Source: a virus (lineage: Duplodnaviria; Caudoviricetes). From it: 36,249 bases of DNA. Shown one piece after another: positions 1-9,800 of this stretch (within the stretch, counting starts at the first letter, position 1; each line of letters starts with the position of its first letter). The notes under the pieces were generated by a model that did no database searches, was not told the origin of the DNA, and saw only the letters and a program-made list of their open reading frames with translations. Made by a program: the position numbers and the translations under genes. The stretch spans positions 1 to 36,249 of IMG/VR virus record IMGVR_UViG_3300028423_000524; one strand, 5' to 3'.

Positions 1-141
1 AACGAGTTCAAGGCGTTCAAGAGCGACATCAGCATCGCCGAGACTCAGCGTTACAGCTATATCGCTTACATGCGCGAAAAGTGCGACTGTAAGCGGGTTG
101 ATGACCTTCAGGTCGCCCACGGCACCATCACCACTGTGTAA
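1..141 (+). CDS. major capsid protein, C-terminal fragment (partial)
   Basis: Frame 1 is open to TAA at 139-141 (NEFKAFKSDISIAETQRYSYIAYMREKCDCKRVDDLQVAHGTITTV). It lies upstream of a terminator and the tail adaptor, and complements the capsid-like start at 36182. Confidence 0.7.
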   Translation, partial: NEFKAFKSDISIAETQRYSYIAYMREKCDCKRVDDLQVAHGTITTV

Positions 142-150
142 TGGCCTAGT

Positions 151-160
151 GGCGTAAATA
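151..160 (+). promoter_or_regulatory. putative late promoter motif GGCGTAAATA
   Basis: One of five GGCGTAWATA copies; intergenic, just after the capsid stop. Confidence 0.45.
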
Positions 161-166
161 CTCCCG

Positions 167-205
167 AAGGGGGCGGGCGGATTTCCTGCCTGCCCCCTTT
201 TTTTT
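167..205 (+). terminator. Rho-independent terminator after capsid gene
   Basis: GGGGGCGGGCGG / CTGCCTGCCCCC stem with G-U pairs, followed by a T run. Confidence 0.8.
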
Positions 206-226
206 AACCCACTAATTTTTTTCTTT

Positions 227-919
227 ATGAATGGTAGCGTTTCCAACCCTCTTGATGTTCTGAACCTTGCTCTTGGGCTGATCGGCGAAGACCCGGTAAG
301 CTCTTTTGACCCGGACACCGGGGTTCTGCCGGAGTCAAAAGCCGGACAGAAACTTTCGACTTTCTACAAAGAGGCCGTCGATGAGGTGCAGTCAACCTAC
401 TACTGGCAGGAGCTGCTTGCTACGGCCACGTTGGACACTCCGACAACTGATGATTACGGGCGCAACATCTTCGACTTTTCGGGGGAGACTGGACTGTTGG
501 TTCCCATTGGCGTGATCGCGAAGACGATTGATTCGACAAATGTTTTGAGCACTCAGGTTGCGGCTCGCTTTTCGCGGCAACCCTACGATTCGAATGTTCG
601 TTTTTCGATTCAGGGCAACACCGTGCTGACTCATGCGGACGAAATTTTACTTTCTTACATCAAGCGCGAAAGCGACCCATCGAAATGGTCCGCAGAGCTG
701 TTGCGGATGATTTACTACAATCTGGCAATCAATGGCTCGTTCTTGGTGGTCAACGACATCAATTTGAGCAACAACTTGCTCCAGAAATTCGAGATGCTCG
801 TGAAACCGAATGCGATTAATCTGCAACGCTCGACGGCAACAAACGACCCACTGGCGCAAGGACGCAATCTCTTGATTAAAGAGCAAACGCAAGCGCCTTC
901 TCAGGACTCGCGGCGATAA
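227..919 (+). CDS. tail tubular protein A / head-tail adaptor (T7 gp11-like), paralog 1
   Basis: N-terminal LDVLNLALGLIGE and later YYW and W-S-x-E-L motifs resemble gp11-like adaptors; position after the capsid gene. Confidence 0.7.
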   Translation: MNGSVSNPLDVLNLALGLIGEDPVSSFDPDTGVLPESKAGQKLSTFYKEAVDEVQSTYYWQELLATATLDTPTTDDYGRNIFDFSGETGLLVPIGVIAKTIDSTNVLSTQVAARFSRQPYDSNVRFSIQGNTVLTHADEILLSYIKRESDPSKWSAELLRMIYYNLAINGSFLVVNDINLSNNLLQKFEMLVKPNAINLQRSTATNDPLAQGRNLLIKEQTQAPSQDSRR

Positions 920-922
920 GCT

Positions 923-1945
923 ATGCAAGGCAGCGCAACGACATCTCTGGACGTTCTCAACCTGGCTCTTTCTACCTTGGGAAAAGATCACTGCGACAGC
1001 TTTGATCCTTTCTTGGGAATCGAGCCTGAGAGTTTGGAAGGCAAGAAAGTCGCCCGACTGTTCAATAAAGCAATCGACGACGTGCAGCGTGAATTCTATT
1101 GGCATGAACTGATTACCGCCAAGGCAGTGATTGCGGACAGCGTAAAAAGCCACGATGGCCGATACCGCTATCCGCTCCCGGATGACTGTATTCGACCGCT
1201 CGGGGTGCGACTGCCTTCGGATGGTGGAACGCTCGCTCCGACTGCTTACACCCGGCTGGTTGCACAGGATTCGGAGTATGATTACGACGTTGAGGGAAAT
1301 TTCTTGCTGACGGGTGCGGCTTCTCCTTTGCCCGACGCAATGGTGGTCGAGGGGGCGGGGGATGATGCGGTAGAAGGTGTGTATTTGCGGGACGGTGAAA
1401 ATGCTGAAAAGCCGCTATATACTTTATCCGACGGAACACGGATATCGGATTCTATTTTATATGATAACTCAACTAGCACTATATGGGCTATTACAAGTTC
1501 AACTCAAGGAGAGAGAGGGAGTGCATTATACATTAGCGTCGAAGACGTTGCCACGCCCGATTTAGCTACGACTTGGAACGTGGAAGCCGCCGGAACCGCA
1601 CCAGCCCCAACAGTTCGCCGCGCCACCTGGGCCGATATCGACGCCGCCGGGATCGACCGCTCGACGGTGCCGCTGCTTGCGGGAGCTTTCGAGGCCGAAA
1701 TCGTCTACCTCCGCCGTGCCGCTTCTCCGGCTGAATGGACTTCTGAGCTACTGGACTGCATCGTCGCCAAGCTGGCCGCTGATGCCGCGCTTTCGGTCAC
1801 TGGTGAATACCGACTGACACAGGCACTTAAAGCGGATTACCGGATGACAATCCGCAGTGAGGCGAAGCGGCTGCAAAGCAAGTACAAGACGAACGAACGC
1901 ATGATGCCTCGCGGCTTCGGCGCATGGAGGGCAAATCGCGGATGA
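923..1945 (+). CDS. tail tubular protein A (gp11-like), paralog 2 with internal insertion
   Basis: LDVLNLALSTLG, YRYPLPDDCIR and LLDCIVAKLAA motifs; aligns by eye with 227..919 apart from a ~125 aa insert. Confidence 0.75.
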   Translation: MQGSATTSLDVLNLALSTLGKDHCDSFDPFLGIEPESLEGKKVARLFNKAIDDVQREFYWHELITAKAVIADSVKSHDGRYRYPLPDDCIRPLGVRLPSDGGTLAPTAYTRLVAQDSEYDYDVEGNFLLTGAASPLPDAMVVEGAGDDAVEGVYLRDGENAEKPLYTLSDGTRISDSILYDNSTSTIWAITSSTQGERGSALYISVEDVATPDLATTWNVEAAGTAPAPTVRRATWADIDAAGIDRSTVPLLAGAFEAEIVYLRRAASPAEWTSELLDCIVAKLAADAALSVTGEYRLTQALKADYRMTIRSEAKRLQSKYKTNERMMPRGFGAWRANRG

Positions 1946-2466
1946 GCACGGCGCGGATAGTTCGCAAGAGTTTCAACGGGGGTGAAATCGCTCCCGAACT
2001 GCATTTCCGTTCTGATTTGGAGGCGTATCACAATGCTTGCAAGTCGCTCAAGAACATGACGGTTACGCCCTGGGGCGCGGCAACACGCAGGCCGCCTACT
2101 GAACTGCTGTCGGAGATTGATACGGCGACCTATGGTGTTCCGGTCAAGTACCTGCCTTTCCGGTTTTCGCTGTCGGAAACCTTTCATATCGTCTTCACCG
2201 ATGGCAGCGGATCGGCCAGCGCGGACGCGACCACGGCGGACTTCATCGTCTTCGATGCGGACGGGGTGCTTCAAACGCTAGACGGGGCGAGCACGAAGCT
2301 TCTGACAACCGTTTACGATCCCGACGATTTGAAGAACCTGCATCACATTCAGGTCAACGATGTTTGGATCTTTTGGGATAGTGGACTACGAAGTTGTTTA
2401 CCACAAACATATTTATACTGGATATACTACAATTTACTACTATCGACCCAGAATTACTTTAGATGA
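1942..2466 (+). CDS. tail tubular protein B / nozzle (gp12-like), N-terminal part; frame broken near 2362
   Basis: SFNGGEIAP..R.DL..Y...N....P.G...RRP is the typical nozzle N-terminus. ATG 1942 overlaps the upstream TGA. Similarity ends after HIQVNDV. Confidence 0.75.
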   Translation: MSTARIVRKSFNGGEIAPELHFRSDLEAYHNACKSLKNMTVTPWGAATRRPPTELLSEIDTATYGVPVKYLPFRFSLSETFHIVFTDGSGSASADATTADFIVFDADGVLQTLDGASTKLLTTVYDPDDLKNLHHIQVNDVWIFWDSGLRSCLPQTYLYWIYYNLLLSTQNYFR

Positions 2467-4537
2467 TGACCACACATTTCAACCAGGAGATATTGTTTCT
2501 ATCGAGGACGTTGTTATTGCGTCTAATCCAGGAAACAGATGGAGGTATAAAGGAAGGATTAATCCAGTCAATATTGATGGAGACCTGACGGTTGCAGAAG
2601 TTGAGTCTAATCGAATAATCACATTGGATGCTTATTGGAGTTGGTCAACAATTGAGGGGCCATTACCAAGTAAGCCTGTTTTTGATACTACATCGGGTAC
2701 TACATTAAGTAATGAAACCTCACTAAATAGCTTTTACCGCTCGCTCCAAGATTCCAATATAGATCATGCACTGACAGATACTGCTTGGTGGGAACCTATT
2801 TCGCTGTATCAAGGGAAAGTAAAAGTAAAGGCAAACAGCGATTTATTTTCAATTGAAGACGTTGGCCGGAATGTTGCAGTTACAATCGACGATTCTCCCA
2901 AAATGAAAGGGGAGTGGGCATTAGGATCAGATTTAACCAGCGATTTAATTAATGCTCAGGGCACGGTAACTTTAACGACGGAAGGAGGTGCGTGGTCTGG
3001 CTTACTGGAGCTTCAAGAATCCAAGAATGGCGGTGGGACCTGGAAGACAATTGGCTTCATTCGATCGCAAAATGGTTCGACGAATTCTAGTATAGAGCGG
3101 GTTATTTCAGGGGTTTCGTCTATTATTAGAGTTCGTTTAACTGAGTCAAGTGAGCCGACTATTAATGTCGCACCGAAAACATTGATTTGGAATTTAAGGT
3201 TTAGTGGCAGGGTAAAGCATTTCAGTCGAATCATTGAGTATATTGATTCCCGCAACGTAAAGGCGCAAACGCTCTCTCCGATGTTTTCGGCTATTGTTGA
3301 CCACCGATGGCAACTAGGTGAGTTTAGTGAAAAAACAGGCTACCCCAACACCCTAACGATCCACGACGAGCGGATGGTTTTCGGCGGCACTAAACGCAAG
3401 CCGAACACCGTATGGGCCAGCCGGGTAAACGACTGGACAAACTTCCTGGAGGGTGACACTGAGGTTTCCCCTTACACCTTCACGATCAAGTCAGACAGCT
3501 TCGACACGATCCGCTGGATGCGTTCGACGCGCAATCTGATGATCGGCACCGAAAACAGCGAGACCACAATGGGAACGCGTGACGATACCTCGGTGATTTC
3601 GCCGACGAACATTGATGTGCGGACTCAAACTTATTACGGATCGGCCAACATTCAGGCAATAGTCACGGCTGATCTGGTCTTTTTCGTGCAGGGGCAAGCC
3701 CGGCGGGTTCGCTCCACGCAATACGATTTCGGGACGGATCAATACCTTTCCTCGGAAATGTCCATCCTGGCGCACCATATCACGAAGCCGGGAATCAAGG
3801 AAATGTCGTTCCGGCGGCATCCGTATAGCTCGATCTTCTTCGTGCTGGATGATGGCCGCGCGGTTTCGTTTACTTACGAGCGCGACAACCAGGTCAAGGG
3901 CTGGGCGCGAATGGAGTTTGGCGGCGACGGGTTTATTGTCTCTGCGGCGTCGAACTACTCGGACGCGGGCGACATTATCGGCGGCATCGTCAAGCGGGGC
4001 ACGGAATACACACTGGAAACCTTCGGCAACAATACGGCTGGAACGGTCTTTCTGGACGCTCAGGCTCGTTTTGAAGATGCGGATTACTCTGCTGGCGTGA
4101 CACTCCCCCACTCTTCGACTGGCGGCCTTGTGGTGGTCCACAACGACGAACTGCTGGCTGAGTCCGCTTATAGCATCTCGGGTAGCACCTTGACAATTCC
4201 GGGGGCGACAGACGGCACGGTGGTTGTCGGCTACCCGGTCGAGTTTGAGATTGAGCCGACCGATATTATCGAGCTTGGCGACCACGGCGCGAAAAAGCGG
4301 ATCAGCAAGCTCGGGCTTTACTTACTGGACTCCGGCGGCTGTGACATCTCGATCAACGGCGAGGATTGCCCGTTTCAGGCGGGCGATACGCTGGCGGCGG
4401 GCGATCGTCTTGACGGTGAGTATCAAGTCAGTGTCGGGGGCGGCACGGAGTCGGCGGTTCAAATCAAGCTTTCCGGCAATCATCACCGGCCTTTCAACAT
4501 TTCTGCTTTCGGCGTTTTCGGCCAACCTTCCCGATGA
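2360..4537 (+). CDS. tail tubular protein B / nozzle, C-terminal part
   Basis: W.LG.FS..TGYP...T.H.ERMVFGG...PNTVWAS....W.NF and TYER...V.GW motifs of the gp12/P22 gp10-like family. Confidence 0.8.
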   Translation: MFGSFGIVDYEVVYHKHIYTGYTTIYYYRPRITLDDDHTFQPGDIVSIEDVVIASNPGNRWRYKGRINPVNIDGDLTVAEVESNRIITLDAYWSWSTIEGPLPSKPVFDTTSGTTLSNETSLNSFYRSLQDSNIDHALTDTAWWEPISLYQGKVKVKANSDLFSIEDVGRNVAVTIDDSPKMKGEWALGSDLTSDLINAQGTVTLTTEGGAWSGLLELQESKNGGGTWKTIGFIRSQNGSTNSSIERVISGVSSIIRVRLTESSEPTINVAPKTLIWNLRFSGRVKHFSRIIEYIDSRNVKAQTLSPMFSAIVDHRWQLGEFSEKTGYPNTLTIHDERMVFGGTKRKPNTVWASRVNDWTNFLEGDTEVSPYTFTIKSDSFDTIRWMRSTRNLMIGTENSETTMGTRDDTSVISPTNIDVRTQTYYGSANIQAIVTADLVFFVQGQARRVRSTQYDFGTDQYLSSEMSILAHHITKPGIKEMSFRRHPYSSIFFVLDDGRAVSFTYERDNQVKGWARMEFGGDGFIVSAASNYSDAGDIIGGIVKRGTEYTLETFGNNTAGTVFLDAQARFEDADYSAGVTLPHSSTGGLVVVHNDELLAESAYSISGSTLTIPGATDGTVVVGYPVEFEIEPTDIIELGDHGAKKRISKLGLYLLDSGGCDISINGEDCPFQAGDTLAAGDRLDGEYQVSVGGGTESAVQIKLSGNHHRPFNISAFGVFGQPSR

Positions 4538-5142
4538 AATACCTGATCACAGTCCTTCTGCTCGCGCTTTGCTTTTCCGGTTCGGATACCGGGCAAGAGG
4601 GAGCCATGCTGGCCTTTCTTCCCGGCCTTACGCTCATTCCGTCGCTCATGTTGTCATTCAGCGCGGCAAGCGGCCTGTATGGCGCTTACTCGCAATATCA
4701 AGCCGGGCAGGCGCAAGCTGATCTCCAGGAGAAGCAAGCCGAGGTGAATGCGGAAATGGCTCGCCGGGAAGCTGAGGCCGACGCTAAGGCGGAAAGCCGG
4801 GAAATGCGTGAAGTGCGGGACGCACAAAAGCGCAGGCGGGCGGCGATGGAAGCGGCCTACGCAACGAGCGGCGTCCTACTCGAAGGCACTCCCGCGCAAA
4901 TGCTGACCCGGCAACGTGAGACCGATGAATTCAATGTCCAGTCGCGCCATCAGGAGGGTAATGAGCGGCGCAAGACGATGCTCTGGCAAGCCGACACCGG
5001 GCAAATGCTCGGCAAGTTCCAAGCGAAGTCCACTCGCCGGGCGGCGAACAACTCCTTCATCGCCGGGATCGGTAACACTGCGACCAGTTCCTTTTCTAAT
5101 TACAAAGCTTGGGAAACCAAGCCGAAATCCAAGCCGAAATAA
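4534..5142 (+). CDS. internal virion (ejection) protein, gp14-like
   Basis: Ala/Gln-rich helical protein with the AAYATSGV...GTP motif; position after the nozzle; hydrophobic N-terminus. Alternative start at 4606. Confidence 0.65.
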   Translation: MKYLITVLLLALCFSGSDTGQEGAMLAFLPGLTLIPSLMLSFSAASGLYGAYSQYQAGQAQADLQEKQAEVNAEMARREAEADAKAESREMREVRDAQKRRRAAMEAAYATSGVLLEGTPAQMLTRQRETDEFNVQSRHQEGNERRKTMLWQADTGQMLGKFQAKSTRRAANNSFIAGIGNTATSSFSNYKAWETKPKSKPK

Positions 5143-6872
5143 TGCCACGAATCCCCTACAATCCGACAAGGCAACCAGTGCGCCCGCAACGTCAGGGGCG
5201 CGTCAATGCGTCCGGTGCGATCAATGCGATTGGCCGGGAGGCGGCTTCTCAAGGTGAGGTTGTCCGCATGTTCCAGGGCGCAATCGGCACCGGGATGGCG
5301 GCGATTCGCGATGATCGGGAACGGGAAATCAACGCGGATCGAGTGGGCTTTGAAACAAAGCTGGCCGATGCGCAGTCCCGGCTAAAAATGGAGTTGGACA
5401 GCATCCCGGTGGCCGATGGCGTGGACGTGGAAGCGCAGACCCGCGAAATCATCGAGAAGGAATACGGCGCTCTACGCGAATACCTGAACGATCCGGGCAA
5501 CGTCCGGCACAAGTCCGCGATGAAGGAATTCGAGACGGTCCTGAGCCAAGCGGAGGCCACGGCGCAACGCGGGGCGGCTGAGTTTGTTTACGGCTACGAG
5601 AAAGACCGCTCGGCATCTCGGGGCGCGCGGATGGTTGAAATCGGCATCAAGACGCGCAACGAGGAAATGATTGAGCAAGGCATCTTCGTCCAGCACGAGG
5701 CGGGCAAGTTTGACGGGAACACTGCCGACACCGTTTATGAAAAATCGGTTGAGCAAATGAAACAGATCGCCGATCAAAACCGTCTGGAGCAATTTGAGTC
5801 TGCCAAGATGGACGGCGACTGGAAAGCGGCGAAAGAGATTGTGGACAGCCTGGAAGGTCCCGGCTGGACGAACGAGAAGAAGGCAAACTTCATTCGGGAG
5901 GAACGCTCTCGCGCGGCTTACAGCGAGACGGCTCTGGCGATCAAGCAAGCAGGCTCGCGTGGTGAATTTGAAGACCTGATGGAGCAGGTCGAGGAGCGCA
6001 AAGATTTGACCGCGCAAAACCGGCCTGTCCTCATGCGCTCGGTCAGCGCGGGGATGGCTCGCTTGGAGCGGGCGCAGATCAGCAACGAGCGGGCACTCCT
6101 GAAGGCTTTTGAGCGCGGTGAGGGCGACTGGTCGGAATACGAGCGGATGAAGCAATTGGACACCGCCGGGGGGCTTACCCCGGACGCTGAGAAGGCGCTC
6201 AAGCCGATTCTGGAAGCAGAAGAATCTCAGTATGAAATGAATGCCCGGTTCGAGCGCGACGAACAAAGCGTGGCCTACAAGTCGATGCTCGATGAGTTGG
6301 CGGCGGCTCGTTTCGGCAAAACGTCCACCGGGCGGATCGATACGAACGACCCGGACGGGAAGAAGATCACTCCGAAGCGGCGCAAGGAATACCAGTCGAT
6401 GCTTGATGAGATTAACGCGCTTCCGGTCGGCAGGAAGGCGAAGGCACGGCTGCTGGATGAATGGCTCCAGGTGCGGGCAACTGACTTGATTGATCCGGGA
6501 AAAGAAGACCCGCGCGGGTTTTTCAGTATCGCTGATGAAATTTCCGACGATGAGGCCAATTTTCGCGGGGAGCTTATTGGTGGCTATCGTGCATTGCTGG
6601 CTGATGGTTCTGTCCCGGAAGACTTCGGCCAGTCGGTCGAGCAGGATGACAAGCGCGTTGCCGAGTTTTTCCGCAAGACGAAAGACCCGACCCCGGAGCA
6701 AATCGAGAAGCTCCGTCAGGACGTGCTCGCACCACTTGAGGCTTCGACGATGCGGCGCAAGGCTCGGGGTGAGGGTGAATCGTCTCCAACGGAAATTTTA
6801 AGCAAGGAGGAATACGATGCACTTCCCCCGGGCGCACAGTTTATTTACAATGGAAAGGTGGGCGTGAAATGA
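5142..6872 (+). CDS. internal virion protein, gp15-like
   Basis: MPRIP start coupled to the upstream TAA; helical and charged; C-terminal EEYDALPPGAQFIYNG motif; synteny. Confidence 0.55.
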   Translation: MPRIPYNPTRQPVRPQRQGRVNASGAINAIGREAASQGEVVRMFQGAIGTGMAAIRDDREREINADRVGFETKLADAQSRLKMELDSIPVADGVDVEAQTREIIEKEYGALREYLNDPGNVRHKSAMKEFETVLSQAEATAQRGAAEFVYGYEKDRSASRGARMVEIGIKTRNEEMIEQGIFVQHEAGKFDGNTADTVYEKSVEQMKQIADQNRLEQFESAKMDGDWKAAKEIVDSLEGPGWTNEKKANFIREERSRAAYSETALAIKQAGSRGEFEDLMEQVEERKDLTAQNRPVLMRSVSAGMARLERAQISNERALLKAFERGEGDWSEYERMKQLDTAGGLTPDAEKALKPILEAEESQYEMNARFERDEQSVAYKSMLDELAAARFGKTSTGRIDTNDPDGKKITPKRRKEYQSMLDEINALPVGRKAKARLLDEWLQVRATDLIDPGKEDPRGFFSIADEISDDEANFRGELIGGYRALLADGSVPEDFGQSVEQDDKRVAEFFRKTKDPTPEQIEKLRQDVLAPLEASTMRRKARGEGESSPTEILSKEEYDALPPGAQFIYNGKVGVK

Positions 6873-9800
6873 CTTGGGACCCGTTTAAAGACGAAGACGC
6901 AAAACTGATTGAAGACGCGCCCGAATGGGACCCGTTTCGGGATGAAGGGGCGAAGCAGTTGGATGCCGACCCGGTGAAAGTAATCGACGTTGACCCGTCT
7001 GCATTTAAGGGGCGCGAGGGCTACGGCGAACCGGAAAAGGTCGCGGTGGCCGATTGGCTTGAGAAGAACCACAGCGTGAAGTTTGAGGACGGCGTTCGCG
7101 ACTACGAAGGCAAGGCAAAGGCGTTTGGCCTGTCCGGCGATCCGAAAGGCGACTTTGAGACGCTAAAGCACCGGGAGAGCACTCTCAATGCTCGTCGTCT
7201 CAAGTCTTTGAATCCCACGTTTGGAGGAACGCCGGAAGCTAAGGCTTCACTGGCAAAAATGGGGCGCGAGGGTGTTGAGTTTATCGACAAAGCTCCTCGA
7301 ACTGCGGCGGCGTCTCTTGCTCGATCCGGGTTTTCTACTGCGGAAGGGGTTTTTCGCGGAACCGGGGAAGTGTTTATGCGCTACACGCCGAACGGCTGGC
7401 TTTTAAATAAGCTTGGCTTGGACTTGCGGGACGCCACGGAACCCGTAGCGCAGTGGTTGAGTGAGGCCGAGGAAATCTCAGGCCGCGCTTACGGGGAGGA
7501 TCGAAGATTCCGCGAAACGCTCTTAGGCCAAACGATTCAAGGGGCTTCTTCGCTGGCTCCCCGTGCGGCTTCCGGGGGCGTTGGCGGCATGGCGGCGGGT
7601 GCGACCGGGGCAAAACTGGCATTTGGCGCGGCAGCGGGCGGCTTGTATTTCAATGAAGGTATTAGCGAGGCGGAATCTACAATCGGAAAACAGTTTCAAG
7701 ACTTCACCGAAGAAGAAAAGTCGGGGGCGGTTTTTACGTCTGTGGTGTATTCGGTCGTGGCCGGGGCGGTGGATCGCTACGCATTCGGAAAGATGGGCCT
7801 CGGCAAATTGATCGGCGGGAAAAATCCACAAGTAGGCAAGCGGACGGTTCGCCGGGTAATCGAAGGGGCGCTTTCCGAGGGCGGCGCGGAATGGACGCAA
7901 GGCCGGGTGCTTAAGCAATTTGCAGATTGGTTTCAAGATCAGGATCGTGAAGTATGGACGATGGACGCGCTAAAGGAGTCATGGCGAGATTTCCTTATCG
8001 GCGCGATTGTCGGCGGCGGTGTCGGCGGCGGCTCTAGGGTGATGGAAACCTTAGTTCAGGAAAGTGAAGCCGGGATGAAAGCAGAAATTGACGCTTTTAC
8101 TACGCGGCAACTTCCCTTCACGGAAAGCGGAGAATATAATCCGTTTTACCGTCCAGAGCCCCTTTTCGATAAAGATGGGAATGCTGACGCGAAAGTTCTT
8201 GAGCTTTCAAAACAAATTCGCGGCTTGGGCGATTCCGAAGAAGACCAGATCAAGAAGTCTGAGCTAGAGGAACAGTTAAGCGCACGACTCCAGCAACTTG
8301 CCGAAACCCGCGTGGACCCGACAAGCCGAGATGCGGCGCAACTGCGGAAATTTAACACAAAGCTGGCTATGGGCCTGAATCCGACCGAAGGCGCGACCCC
8401 GGCGGACTGGAAATTCATTGACGAGTATTATTCCGATGAGGAAGTCGGCGCTCACGTCGTGCAGGCGACTGGTTCCGAGGATTTGGTTCCGCTGGCTCTG
8501 GAAGCCAAACACGGCGACGAAGAGGCGCAAATGGAATACGTAAACCGAACGCTGGTCCCGGCGGATTCGGAAATCATGGTCGAGGGTGGGGTCACCCCGG
8601 AAGAAGCGGAAGCGGCCCACATGAATTGGGCACGCGAGGCCGGAAATGCAGAACAACGGCGAGAGCTAACCAAAGAAGAACTGGAAAAAGAAGCATTTGA
8701 GTGGGCGAAATCTTTTAGAGGTGATCGCCTTTTTGAAGGCCAAAGTATTGAAGACTTAACAAATCAATCACTTACATTTGAAGATGATTTGAATGCTCTT
8801 AGAGATCAGGGCGTTCCCGAGTGGAAAATTGAAAGGTTTGCTTTTGAAGCAATTCAGGCGGCTGGCTACGATCCCACCGACCCGGATAATGCGCCTAGTA
8901 AAATGGCTATCAATGGGCGGAACGAATATGAGTTTCGTCGCGGCGTCTGGCGCGATGTGTCTAAGCTATTCCGGGGCGCAAACGCTTTGACTGTTTTCCA
9001 CGAAGTGAGTGAAGGCCATTTAAAACGAGAGATAAACGAGGGGAATCTTGATTGGTATGCAGTGGCAACATGGCGCGAGATGATGGGTGACGGGCCAAGT
9101 GCCGGTCAAGTTGATCTGGAAAGTGCCGCCGAGCAAAAAAAATTGACGGAGTGGACAAGTGAGCAGGTTGAGTCATGGCTTTTGGGTAAAACGAAGGCTT
9201 TAGAGCGTGAAGGGCAAATGCCGAAAACCTTCAGGACGTGGTTGACTGCGGTTTTTACTGAAATTAAGCATCTGCTCAAGCGGGCCGCGCAACTCAAGGG
9301 CATGGATCGCCGGGGCGAACTAGACCCTGAGTTTAAAGCGTTTCTTGAGCGGTCGAACGGGCTGGATGAAAATTTCCTGCGCGAACGGCTGGAACCTCCG
9401 GCAGAGAGCGTTTCCGGCGATACGAGCGTCACGCTGGCCGAATACCTCTCCGAGAGTCCGGGACTGACAAAGACCGGGCTTCCCCGGCCTGACATGCTAG
9501 CCGATCCGCAATGGCGGACTGAAGTTGAACGTCTCTGGGAGTTCACCGGGAAAAACTGGAAGCGTTACCCGAAGCATGATCCGGCAAATCTCGATGACTT
9601 GGCGATGGGGATGCGCTCGGCGGGCTTTGATGTTCGCACGGTGGACGATGCCTTGCAATTGGTCGAGCGTTCACTGTCCGGCGAGGAAGTGCGTTCGTTT
9701 GGCGATTCGGCCTTCGAGGGCTTTGATTCCGGGCGTGATGCTGCGGGGAATGCGGCGAGTTATCAGCTTCAATACCGGATCAATCATCAACCACACGAAG

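Noticed and set aside
5472-6701. Long minus-strand ORFs (5472..6701, 11456..12451, 23245..24162, 3491..4285 and others)
   Set aside because: Antisense shadows of well-supported GC-rich plus-strand genes, with no recognisable motifs.
6872-6965. WDPF(K/R)DE.AK peptide duplicated at the N-terminus of the giant protein
   Set aside because: Short acidic DPF-type repeats are common at the N-termini of such proteins and do not indicate a separate system.
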